From a virus, in IMG/VR virus record IMGVR_UViG_3300046318_000171, positions 27,239-91,238 of that record: DNA of 64,000 nucleotides; one strand, written 5' to 3'. A program made the translations under genes and the position numbers. Shown piece after piece: positions 36,566 to 45,749 of the stretch. Below the pieces are notes generated by a model that was given only the letters and a program-made list of their open reading frames with translations, did no database searches and was not told where the DNA came from. The first letter of the stretch is position 1, and every line of letters starts with the position of its first letter.

Positions 36566-36873
36566 TAAAGGACTTCTACCTCACCGTGCTGAATAACAAA
36601 CGCACGCCACTTAGTAGGGTCCGCCATTGCAGTGATAGCCTCGTCGTCCTCTACATCTTCCGGTATCTGAACGGTGTAGTGACCGCCACCTTCATCCATA
36701 CGCTCTCTCACAAACTTGGTGTGGCGGCACTTTGCGGTGACACCAAACGCCTTGCAAGAACAACGGATTTTCTTGTGGAACTCAGCGTCAACCTCTACTT
36801 CAGCAACGCCGTCTTCGCTGATAAACATCTGTACTGTTCTCCAGGCAATGTCCATCTCTACTTCTTTCTTCAT
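36565..36873 (-). CDS. SWIM zinc-finger protein
   Basis: CSC.....CRH. Confidence 0.75.
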   Translation of the reverse strand: MKKEVEMDIAWRTVQMFISEDGVAEVEVDAEFHKKIRCSCKAFGVTAKCRHTKFVRERMDEGGGHYTVQIPEDVEDDEAITAMADPTKWRAFVIQHGEVEVL

Positions 36874-37592
36874 GCTCGTCTTAGGTCCTCTCCAATAATA
36901 CGTACTCTGGTAAATGCTTCGTGGGCGAAACTACCCATCGCCTCACCGTACTGTTTCTTCCAGTTATCACGGTTCACGTTGGTAGTAATGATAGTCGGTA
37001 AAGCCTTATCGTAGCGTGAACGGAGCACCTCGTCAAATGACGTGTTGTCGTACTCCGAGCCGTACTCCTTGCCCAAGTCATCCAAGACTAGAACACGGAC
37101 ATTCAGGCTGTCCTCCTTGCAGCGACCATGGAACCCTTCCATCTCCAACTGCATCAACTTCTTGGTCTCTGGCTCCGCATCAAACATCATCTTCTTGCGG
37201 CTCAGAAACTCTGGGAAAGTCATGTAGTAAATCGGGCGGCATTTCATGCCGTAGTCGTCAGGTTTCATCTGCAGAACTTCACGAGCCTTCTCGTCGTCCT
37301 CAGGGAGCATGCGAACAAACTCCATAGCAGCAGTCACAGCGTGGGTGGTCTTACCCAACCCAGGACCGCCGTCAAACAACAGCCCAACACCAGTACGGCC
37401 TAGGCCGCCAACCTGCTTGATAATCTCACCCTCGATTGCACGCTCCAACCAAATGTCGATGTCCTCGGGGAATCCACCTGTGCGCTCTGCAATGTCCTTT
37501 GGTTCCAAACCGATAAAACGGCTAGGAATGTTAGCGCCACGCAACAACCAGTGTTTCTTGTTGGGTGACAACTTACTAACGTCGTAACTCAT
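36870..37592 (-). CDS. DnaC/IstB-like AAA+ helicase loader
   Basis: GGPGLGKT, LVLDDLGKE, R.RY...PTIITTN. Confidence 0.9.
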   Translation of the reverse strand: MSYDVSKLSPNKKHWLLRGANIPSRFIGLEPKDIAERTGGFPEDIDIWLERAIEGEIIKQVGGLGRTGVGLLFDGGPGLGKTTHAVTAAMEFVRMLPEDDEKAREVLQMKPDDYGMKCRPIYYMTFPEFLSRKKMMFDAEPETKKLMQLEMEGFHGRCKEDSLNVRVLVLDDLGKEYGSEYDNTSFDEVLRSRYDKALPTIITTNVNRDNWKKQYGEAMGSFAHEAFTRVRIIGEDLRRA

Positions 37593-38554
37593 TAAGCCCT
37601 CCTAAGCTTTTCTTCGTACTCTGCTAAGTCTCTCCTACCAGGCATCGATTTGTCAAATCGTTTGCCATCCGAGGCGTAAATGTAATTCTCGTCCTTGTCC
37701 TCAGAGGTCATCTCCAAGTCCTCAGTAACCCGAGAAATGTTCATCGTAATGAAGTTCAAGAAGATACCGTGAGCCTTCTTAGGCGAACCCTTGATGGCTG
37801 ACAAGTTACGCTCGTCACCAAAGAAACGGTCCATAAGTTCCATCTCCAAAGTGGCTGACACCTCAAACCGTGAACGGTTAGCCGACAAAGCACCACGCAA
37901 AGCGTTGGTGTTCACCAAGCCAGGGATACCACGAATCTTGTCATAAACCCGAGACGAAAACTCTGAAGCAACATCCGCAGCAGTCCACTCCTCCTGAGGT
38001 CGCTGACGACGAGTCTTAGGGTCCCTCTTCGACACTGGCTTAGCCTTAGCCTGAACCTCGTCCTCCAACAAACCAAACCCTGCAATGCCTTCGTCATCGT
38101 CTTTCCAACGATTAACCACAGCAACCTCCTTCGATTTCGGGGCCCTAGCCCCTAAAGAATACGAAGTATTCTTTACTTTAGTAGTATCAGCTGTATCAGT
38201 AGTTATATCTATATCAGCTGTTGATGTTTCATCCGTGAGACATGGTAAAACACCCTCAATCTCGATGTCAACCCCCTTAGTTTCAGAAATGAAACATGGA
38301 GACAAAAGCTGGTACTTGTTCTTCCAGAACTTACCTAGGTTGCGCTTAGTACGATGGGTGTCAACTAACCCTTTATCCTCAAGACCAGACATGTCACGCC
38401 AAATAGTTGTACGAGACAATCCGGTAAGACCAGACAGGTCTTCCATAGTTAATTCAACAACGCCAGATTTGTTAGCGTGTCGAAACATCAAGGCGAGTAA
38501 ATAAAACTCGCTAGGCTTTAGACCTTTGTCTAAAACCTCGTCAGGTATCTGCAT
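37592..38554 (-). CDS. Replication initiator with N-terminal winged HTH
   Basis: L..LTGLSRTTIWR...LE.KGLV; directly upstream of DnaC. Confidence 0.75.
   Translation of the reverse strand: MQIPDEVLDKGLKPSEFYLLALMFRHANKSGVVELTMEDLSGLTGLSRTTIWRDMSGLEDKGLVDTHRTKRNLGKFWKNKYQLLSPCFISETKGVDIEIEGVLPCLTDETSTADIDITTDTADTTKVKNTSYSLGARAPKSKEVAVVNRWKDDDEGIAGFGLLEDEVQAKAKPVSKRDPKTRRQRPQEEWTAADVASEFSSRVYDKIRGIPGLVNTNALRGALSANRSRFEVSATLEMELMDRFFGDERNLSAIKGSPKKAHGIFLNFITMNISRVTEDLEMTSEDKDENYIYASDGKRFDKSMPGRRDLAEYEEKLRRA
38185..38299. promoter_or_regulatory. Candidate replication origin inside the initiator gene
   Basis: TATCAG x3 and two GTTTCA-N4-TGARACATGG palindromes, 54 bp apart. Confidence 0.5.
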
Positions 38555-38562
38555 AGTGCCCT

Positions 38563-38835
38563 CTAAAAGTTACGTCGATTAACCACAGTCGGCTGTGGCT
38601 GAGACATCTTGTCTACCACACCAATGACCACCAACGCAAGGAGACTCGCAGCCCCCGAAGCAACAAAAACAGGGAAACCCTTAAAATCCAAGTACCAGAA
38701 AGCCACCAGATTCAAAGGATACGTGCCCGCAATCTTAATGTACCGATAAAAACCGGCGGGCGTGATGAGTTCGATTAAGCCAAGAGCGAATGCTGTCGCA
38801 AGGGCTGAGATAACAGTTCCAATTAATAGTTCCAT
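38563..38835 (-). CDS. Small membrane protein (holin-like); leaderless
   Basis: 2-3 hydrophobic segments; TACCCT-N6-ATG. Confidence 0.55.
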   Translation of the reverse strand: MELLIGTVISALATAFALGLIELITPAGFYRYIKIAGTYPLNLVAFWYLDFKGFPVFVASGAASLLALVVIGVVDKMSQPQPTVVNRRNF

Positions 38836-38847
38836 GCAAGCAGGGTA

Positions 38848-40866
38848 CTACGAAATTCCGACGTATTCAAGCCCTTCATAAGTCGACACAGAAAATGGCG
38901 TACCAATAGGCATGTAGCCTGCAATGTTTGCAATCAGACGTGGAATCTTAATGCTCTTGTTTGGGTACAAGTATGAGATTGACTCGTCAGCAGTTCCAGC
39001 CCAACTTGCTCCATACGCTGCAGGAAATGCTCCATCAAAGTAATCGGTAGGAACATACCCAAGCTCAAGTTGAGCGCCGTCCAAATCAATTGTATTTCCA
39101 GTAGTAGTTCCTGACAGTACACAAGTAATAGCTGTGGTGTCAGCAAACTCCGCAGGGACGTACAGACTTACGTAGAATCGCTGCCAACTGCTAGTCAAGG
39201 TGATGTCGTCACTCTCAACAGTTACTGCGTCTAAAGTACCATCATCTGCAGACATTGACAGAGTCACTGTCTCAGTTCCAGAAGTGGTCTTTGCGTAAAT
39301 TGAGAAAGTGTAAAATGCTCCGACCGGAAGAGTAGCCGTGGTAACAGTAGTGTACGATGACGTTGACCCTGTGGTAGTTACTGACTGCAACATCTGCGAA
39401 GTGTCAACCGAGTAAGGGAATGTGCTGTCTTCTAAAGTGTTTCCGTCATCTACAATCGTCCACTCAGAGTTTGCTGTGTCAAATGACGGGTTGTTCAAAT
39501 AGTTGATTTTGCTTGGGGCAAGAAGAACGTTGACTCCACGAGCTTCTTCGTAGGATGGGGTGGAATCTTCATACAAAGCAAACTGAACCATGTCTAGGTA
39601 ATATGTTGCTGCTCCGCTAAACGCAAGTCTAATAGAAGCGTAAGTAGCTCCCTCAGGGGCAGTCCACGAATTAGAGGCGTTCTTCATCCAAGTGTTTGCC
39701 GTAAGGGAAAACGTTTGTTCGTCAGCAACTAAAGGCTCGCCTAGATAGTCGTACCAAACTACTCTTGCGGTGATACTTCTACTAGCAGTTGAGGTTAAGG
39801 CAAAGAACAGCACTTGGTAGTCTTCACCAGCAACCACGGGGATGCCCAAAGTTTTTGGCTTGTTTTCTCCGTTAGAGATAAAGCTGCTAGTACTAGAGGC
39901 AACCACTTTGCCGGTGTATGTCAAATCTGCAACCAAAGTCTCGCTGATGCTGTGGTGTACCGAGCCTTCTACAGAAATGGTGCACGCCCCACCAGGAAGC
40001 CAGTTTCCTACACTTTTGTAGAATGTGCTGTCCTGCATAGACAGCATTAGGTTCTTAGTTTGAGTTACGGTTGGCGCAAAACCAGTAAGGCTTTCGGCAA
40101 GGGTCTGCACTCCAAGAGCCGTTCCCTTGTTGTTGTGCAAGTATGTCGCTTCACGTACCAAACGCTTCATTGCTCGAAGTCCTAGCCCGTACTCGGAAGG
40201 AAGTCCTAGTTGAAACGCTTGTAAAGAGACTATTTCTGGTGGGGTAGATAGTCCCGAAAAGTTTGGCTTTAAAGCGTCAGCGTAAGTCAGCAACTCGTCT
40301 AGTGTTAGAGAAAAGCCTTTTAGAAAAGTGTAGAGAGTCGACTCAGGGTCAACATTGTCTAAAGGCGACTGGGTTGCTGTCGTGTATACTTTTGGAATCA
40401 AGTCCATGAATTTCTCATGGGTAGTTTGGTTAGCACTTCCAGCGAATGCGGTAGACCCATGGTCACTAGGGATAATTACCGACGCATCTCCTGCCTGGTA
40501 CCAGATGCCGTCATCTTTTCGCAACCACATGCGGTAATACGCAAATCTACCACCAATTAATGGGTAGTCGTTATTAGGGTCACTATCTAGGGTGTTGTCG
40601 TAGCCGTCAACGAACTCCGACCTAGAGAATACTCCTTCTAGGCCACTTTCTTCCCAAAGAATAACTCCGTCTTCTTGAGTTTCTGGGAAAGACACTTGGT
40701 TACGAACGAGTCTAACTGCGTTAAAAGTGCTGTTAAGAGAGGCCCAAGTTAGAAGAACTTTATCGTAGTCAATGGTAGTGGCAGTGAACGGCTGTACTGA
40801 GAATGACAGTCGTGACTGCTGGCCGTAGTAGCCACCAGCGTAGAGTACGTTATTATACTTAGGCAT
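38848..40866 (-). CDS. Baseplate wedge/tail protein (P2 gpI-like) with carbohydrate-binding-like repeats
   Basis: KGT..G...L.E.LTG; N.L.NPSF; jelly-roll type segments. Confidence 0.7.
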   Translation of the reverse strand: MPKYNNVLYAGGYYGQQSRLSFSVQPFTATTIDYDKVLLTWASLNSTFNAVRLVRNQVSFPETQEDGVILWEESGLEGVFSRSEFVDGYDNTLDSDPNNDYPLIGGRFAYYRMWLRKDDGIWYQAGDASVIIPSDHGSTAFAGSANQTTHEKFMDLIPKVYTTATQSPLDNVDPESTLYTFLKGFSLTLDELLTYADALKPNFSGLSTPPEIVSLQAFQLGLPSEYGLGLRAMKRLVREATYLHNNKGTALGVQTLAESLTGFAPTVTQTKNLMLSMQDSTFYKSVGNWLPGGACTISVEGSVHHSISETLVADLTYTGKVVASSTSSFISNGENKPKTLGIPVVAGEDYQVLFFALTSTASRSITARVVWYDYLGEPLVADEQTFSLTANTWMKNASNSWTAPEGATYASIRLAFSGAATYYLDMVQFALYEDSTPSYEEARGVNVLLAPSKINYLNNPSFDTANSEWTIVDDGNTLEDSTFPYSVDTSQMLQSVTTTGSTSSYTTVTTATLPVGAFYTFSIYAKTTSGTETVTLSMSADDGTLDAVTVESDDITLTSSWQRFYVSLYVPAEFADTTAITCVLSGTTTGNTIDLDGAQLELGYVPTDYFDGAFPAAYGASWAGTADESISYLYPNKSIKIPRLIANIAGYMPIGTPFSVSTYEGLEYVGIS

Positions 40867-40876
40867 TTACCGCTCC

Positions 40877-41206
40877 TTATACGTACTGGAGCCACACATC
40901 GCCGTTAGCACCGTCTCCTGAAGATGGGGCTGCGGTTGATGCGTTAATTCGTCTGAATCCAAATCCACTTGTTACTGACGACGAGTTGCTCTTGATAGTG
41001 GTTGTAAGAATAGACTCAATGTTTTCGATTCTTGCCTTGACAGTTCCCCACTCAGTAGTTCCCTGAAGTGAAGGAAGTACTCCAAGGGTAGCTTGGATAG
41101 CCTCAATTTCGTCGTAAGCCGTGTTTATGTCGGCGGCTACCACCAAATCTTGTAGGTCAACTTTACGTGTAAAGCTAACCTTGGTGGTTGGGTATGATGC
41201 GGCCAT
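40877..41206 (-). CDS. Minor tail protein
   Basis: V.A.DIN..YDEI.AIQ..LG; ends G.NGD.WLQY. Confidence 0.65.
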   Translation of the reverse strand: MAASYPTTKVSFTRKVDLQDLVVAADINTAYDEIEAIQATLGVLPSLQGTTEWGTVKARIENIESILTTTIKSNSSSVTSGFGFRRINASTAAPSSGDGANGDVWLQYV

Positions 41207-41260
41207 TATGTCTCCTAAGTATCTTGTTTAATTTTGCCAAATAACAAAGCTATTATCTGG

Positions 41261-41938
41261 CTATTCGGTGGTGTAAGTTCCCGATATGTGAAAGTTGTCA
41301 GCAGTGGACAAGTTCACGGGTACGTTGTGGGTAAAAGGCACGTCTTGACCGTTAGAGCTTGTAGACCTAAGGAGAACCTGGTTAGACCCAGCTAAAACAT
41401 GCCCTCCCATGGCGTACTCGTTTCCAGTAGAGATGTCGTGTAAGCAACCGTCTCTAAAAAAGTAGTTGTACTTTGATGGAAGGGGCAAGGTAAGGTAGTA
41501 CTGCCCGGTACCAAAACTAGTAATATTGTCCATGTCCACATCTACTCGAAAATGCACCAAGTTACCTGTTTTTATATAAGACCCGGTAAATAAAGGGGCA
41601 CCATTAAACGTAGGTTGCGTACCTAATGAGCCACCAGATACCGTATACGAAGTATCCGGTGGAGCAGGGGGGACAGTGCCAGAAAAAAGGCCTGCCCATA
41701 GGGGGAAAGATGGGTCCCCTCCTTCAAACATTATGAATACACCGTCACCAACGGATGGAGTAATTACCTGCGTATTAGACGGGGATGAGATTGGCCAAGC
41801 CCATCCGGTAACTTGGCTAGACAATACTTGAGGAACCTGTACTCTAATCCTGTTTTTTGATAGCGGGTCTCGGGTGTCAGCGACTACTCCCCGGTAAACA
41901 CCGTAGAATCTAACTTTTCCATCCGAATCTTTTATCAT
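41261..41938 (-). CDS. Baseplate spike protein (gp5/gpV OB fold) with fibre-tip-like C-terminus
   Basis: FYG.YRG.V....DP....RI.V.VP...WA.P...P.VGD.V...FE.GD...P.W.G. Confidence 0.85.
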   Translation of the reverse strand: MIKDSDGKVRFYGVYRGVVADTRDPLSKNRIRVQVPQVLSSQVTGWAWPISSPSNTQVITPSVGDGVFIMFEGGDPSFPLWAGLFSGTVPPAPPDTSYTVSGGSLGTQPTFNGAPLFTGSYIKTGNLVHFRVDVDMDNITSFGTGQYYLTLPLPSKYNYFFRDGCLHDISTGNEYAMGGHVLAGSNQVLLRSTSSNGQDVPFTHNVPVNLSTADNFHISGTYTTE

Positions 41939-43782
41939 ACAATTGCTGTAATCGTGTAGGTCTTAGAGGTGTAGTTGTCTTCGGCCAGCACAGTTACGGT
42001 CAAGGTGTTGGTTCCTGAAGCAAACGTGGCTGAGTAAGTGCTTCCTGAAACTAATGAGCCGTTGACACGTACAACAGAGTTGGCGTTACTCTTGGTCAAA
42101 CCAATTGTGGCGCTTCCCGCTGTAGCTCCAGTAATGTTGTAGTTAACAATGCTGGTGGTAAACGCTGGAGAAAGAGTTCCATTGTTAGTTGTAATTGCGC
42201 TCAGGTTGGCGTTGCTAGACGCCAAGGTTACACTCAAGCTACTTTCTTCAAACGTAAAGATTTCGTTTGCTGCCCCAACTAGGGTGTTTCTAGCCGCAGT
42301 GTCAGTTAGCCTGTACAGGTTTATGACTCGGGCATTGTAGACGCCGTTTATTGAACGGATGATTGACTCTACCTCTTCTGGGGTGATAATCGCCCCAAAG
42401 TCGGTGTAGTTGTATGAGTAGGCGGTAGTTAGCGCAGTCAAAATAGCCTGCTGAACTTCTGACTCCACAGCCTGGCTATCCAACGTGTAAAGAACTTCAA
42501 TTGCAGATGGCACGTAGGTCGGAGGAAGTACAGTCACCGTAGCGCCAATCTGAGTACGATTTACAAACGCCTCTTCTACCGCTGCCTTAAGTGGGGCCCA
42601 TTCAGTGGTTTTAAGAACTAACTCACTAGACACCATGTCGTATAGCGGGTACAGGACTCCGTCGTTATCGTTTTGAGATGGACCAACGTAAAGGTTTACC
42701 GATGACCAGATGTCTGCTTCAGCATTAGCTTTTCCTACTTCGCTTACAGTAAGTGCGATGCTTGAGTAGTCGGTTAAAGATACTGCACGATTGTTGGCCG
42801 CCAACGCCAAAGGTGCGTTGATTCTAATCTGAGTGTTGCTTTCAGGCTCAATACCTCCACTACCAACGGTCGTGTTCTCAACTGCTAGCGAACTAGAAAC
42901 AGCCGACGTTTGTGAGTCGGTAAGACCTGGAATCTTGATAATAGTGTCAAGAGTGGTTGTCGGTATGTTTCCAGAAACACCGCCTCCCACCACGTAGTCT
43001 GCCTTTATGACAGAGGTAGACGGTGGGATAGCCCCAGAGACACCGTCTCCAAATGTAATGTATACGTAGTTGTCTGCGTCTGTTGACACTGAGAACACGG
43101 TGTCCTGTGGTCCGTAATCAGCGATGTGGGTTGCACGGGTCCAAGGCTTAGTGATACTGCCTGTCTTTACGTAAACAACTACCGAACTGTCAACTACTTG
43201 GTTTTCTGAAAGAATGAATGTTTGTTGTGGCAATCCGTCTGAGATTCCAATGAGCTCTCCGGCTACGTCAAACTCATCTTCCGCTTCGTTGCCGTCACGT
43301 TGTGAAATGTTCTCCCCGTGGTAGGCAGTTACTTCGGCAAAATCGTTTGCTGGAACAGTGAGTTCTACTAGGGTGGTGAAGATTACTTGCTCTACAACAT
43401 CGTTGTTTGACACATCTCCAGATAGTTGGGTAAACGCAGGCAAGACGATGTCTGAGTCTGAGGTGTTAGTAACTTTTATCGTAGCGTATGCGTTCTGGTA
43501 ACTAGTCGGGGTATAGCCGTACACAGCAGCCAAGTCTAATAGGCTTTGTCGTTGCGTGGCTGTAAGAAGGAACCCTTCGTTAGCAACACGGTCGATGTAG
43601 TAAGCCACAATATCGCCTACGTAAGCAAACGCCTCAACCATAGCCACACCGAAGTCAGCCGGGTCTTGTCCTGTCCACTCTTGGATTTTACTATTAATCC
43701 TGGTAATTAGTTGCGACCGCAAGGAGTAGTAGTCACGACTTGTGTAGTCTACTGAGATTGGTGCATCGGGGTTGGTCGTCAT
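41935..43782 (-). CDS. Baseplate J/gp6-like wedge protein with C-terminal cadherin-like domain
   Basis: DYT.RDY, D.G...E.FAY.GD, FGDG..G.IP, RAV...DY. Confidence 0.9.
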   Translation of the reverse strand: MTTNPDAPISVDYTSRDYYSLRSQLITRINSKIQEWTGQDPADFGVAMVEAFAYVGDIVAYYIDRVANEGFLLTATQRQSLLDLAAVYGYTPTSYQNAYATIKVTNTSDSDIVLPAFTQLSGDVSNNDVVEQVIFTTLVELTVPANDFAEVTAYHGENISQRDGNEAEDEFDVAGELIGISDGLPQQTFILSENQVVDSSVVVYVKTGSITKPWTRATHIADYGPQDTVFSVSTDADNYVYITFGDGVSGAIPPSTSVIKADYVVGGGVSGNIPTTTLDTIIKIPGLTDSQTSAVSSSLAVENTTVGSGGIEPESNTQIRINAPLALAANNRAVSLTDYSSIALTVSEVGKANAEADIWSSVNLYVGPSQNDNDGVLYPLYDMVSSELVLKTTEWAPLKAAVEEAFVNRTQIGATVTVLPPTYVPSAIEVLYTLDSQAVESEVQQAILTALTTAYSYNYTDFGAIITPEEVESIIRSINGVYNARVINLYRLTDTAARNTLVGAANEIFTFEESSLSVTLASSNANLSAITTNNGTLSPAFTTSIVNYNITGATAGSATIGLTKSNANSVVRVNGSLVSGSTYSATFASGTNTLTVTVLAEDNYTSKTYTITAIV

Positions 43783-44189
43783 AGGAACTCCTCGTAAATA
43801 GGTGCGTCACCAGCGATGTACGCCAGTCCAACAGTTATGGTTACTTCTTCTTGGTTAGGTAGTGCATAGGTGACATCCGCTGAAACAAGAGTGTCTTCGC
43901 TAAAAGTCACGTCAACTTCCTGCAATGTAAGGGCCGGTAAAAATTTAGCAAAAGCCGTGTAAAGTTCTCGCTTTGTAGCATCAGCAACTACCTGTCTACC
44001 ATTGAAAGTTGCGTATGGTATCTGAGTACCAAAATCTGTTCGCATTACTCGCTCTCCAACAGTGGTTCCGACTACAGAGCGTACTTTGTCCGCCCAAATT
44101 TTAGTTTGGTCTTTTGTACTAGAGACGTTTCCATAAGAGTCAATCGAGAAAGGTAGAGAGATAGCTCGCTCAATATTTTGGTTAGCCAT
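43779..44189 (-). CDS. gp25/gpW-like baseplate protein
   Basis: T..GERVMR.DFG. Confidence 0.88.
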   Translation of the reverse strand: MANQNIERAISLPFSIDSYGNVSSTKDQTKIWADKVRSVVGTTVGERVMRTDFGTQIPYATFNGRQVVADATKRELYTAFAKFLPALTLQEVDVTFSEDTLVSADVTYALPNQEEVTITVGLAYIAGDAPIYEEFL

Positions 44190-45487
44190 TAGCCTCTCCT
44201 TTCAGATATAGGGCTGGTTTTCCATCTAGCTGGGGTTCTATTAAATCCTTGGTTGCCCTGTTTAATTATAGGAGATTTAACTTCTAGCCGAGTGCCTTGT
44301 TTAGCCGCTCTTTTTTGCTTTTTGGAAATTAACGCAGCGTTTAGGTCTACTACCCCCACTACTCCCTGCGGGTCTTGCCTGAGAGCACCTTGCTTTGTGC
44401 GGCCAATTCCATCTGTGGCCACCACCGCTTCGATTTGGTAGTCCCCAATCTTGTGGAACATGTGGTGAACTTCTTTGATAATCCAGTACCCGTCAGTAGC
44501 CTCTCCAGTTCCAGCAATAAATACTGGGCTAAAAGGGCGAATTCTAGGGTCGCCCTGACCCACGATTTTAGCGGGCATAGTCATGCGTGCAGCCGTTGCC
44601 GCTCCTTCAGCCATAGAGACGGCTGCAGTGTGGCTGTTAACTACTTGACCCGTTTGGTATTCGTCAAAAAGAACGTCGTTAACAGAACTGCGCAACGCTT
44701 TGCCAGAACGATTAGGGGTCTTCTTACTTTTAAAAATTTTACCGGTAACAGGGTCTACGCCACTCACTACCTTATTAGTTCTGTTTACGGCCTGGCCCTC
44801 GATGTGCTCTCCTCGTAAAACTTGAAGAGAGTCCAAAGTGCGGTCAATAGCTTGAGAGTTCATTGGTTGGTCGGTGTTGAAGAAGTTTAGAACTGGGGCA
44901 GAACTAGACTTGGTGTCTATAAGATTGTCTAGTTTTTTAAAGTAAAAAGTGGTGCCCTCTACCACTACCGCAAAGCCAATAAGTTTTGCTTGCTCTTGAA
45001 TCCATTCCCAAATAGAGTGCCCAGAAACTACTAGTTGGTCAAACTTTCGTGCGTGGCTGTCTCCTACAAAACTAAATCCGTATGGACGAACTAGCTCTGC
45101 GACTGCTTGAGGAATAGTCTTGTTTTTAAATACCTTAGTAACTTTTTGCTTAAGAGGGTAGGAGGACGCCACACAATGAACCTGCATGGTTTTCTCACGG
45201 CCTGTCTTGTTACTGACAGAGACGTAAGATACATACCCCACCCATTCATTGCGATGCGTACCTTGCGACCATCTAAACACCATAGGCACTCCGGTCTTCA
45301 GAGTGTTCGCCCAAACCGTGCTTGGCACAGGGTACTCAAGAACCAACACGTCATGATGGTTTTGTTTCTGGTACAGGTCTGCTCGTCTTGGTATTTTGCC
45401 TAAAGACGGTATAGTAGGGAACTCCACAGAGATAGAAGTACTTCTGCGGTATTTTCCTGCTTCAACAATGTTAGGGCTATCAGTCAA
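44189..45487 (-). CDS. Baseplate hub (gpD/gp27-like)
   Basis: Position; W..I...A...GF; GDP.I.P; G.W.I..V.H. Confidence 0.75.
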   Translation of the reverse strand: MTDSPNIVEAGKYRRSTSISVEFPTIPSLGKIPRRADLYQKQNHHDVLVLEYPVPSTVWANTLKTGVPMVFRWSQGTHRNEWVGYVSYVSVSNKTGREKTMQVHCVASSYPLKQKVTKVFKNKTIPQAVAELVRPYGFSFVGDSHARKFDQLVVSGHSIWEWIQEQAKLIGFAVVVEGTTFYFKKLDNLIDTKSSSAPVLNFFNTDQPMNSQAIDRTLDSLQVLRGEHIEGQAVNRTNKVVSGVDPVTGKIFKSKKTPNRSGKALRSSVNDVLFDEYQTGQVVNSHTAAVSMAEGAATAARMTMPAKIVGQGDPRIRPFSPVFIAGTGEATDGYWIIKEVHHMFHKIGDYQIEAVVATDGIGRTKQGALRQDPQGVVGVVDLNAALISKKQKRAAKQGTRLEVKSPIIKQGNQGFNRTPARWKTSPISERRG

Positions 45488-45749
45488 CTGGAATCCTAAG
45501 AGGAGTGCCTGCAGGAATTGAGAACGGGCTAATTACTTCCGGGTTAAAGTCCATAATTCTCCACCATAAAGATGGGCTTCCAAGAAGACTGTTTGCTACT
45601 AAATCAATTCGGTCTTTCTCTCGCCAGGTGTAGGTGTAGTACCGTGATGAATCTGTAGGAAATGTACGAAGAACAGCAATAGACGGCCCTGCATTAGTTT
45701 CTATTGCAATAATGTTTCCCGTAGCGTATCTGCTATCTACAAAAATCAT
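45480..45749 (-). CDS. gpX/LysM-like baseplate protein
   Basis: DRID.VA...LG....WW.I.D.NP....P..I..GT.LRIP. Confidence 0.85.
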   Translation of the reverse strand: MIFVDSRYATGNIIAIETNAGPSIAVLRTFPTDSSRYYTYTWREKDRIDLVANSLLGSPSLWWRIMDFNPEVISPFSIPAGTPLRIPVD

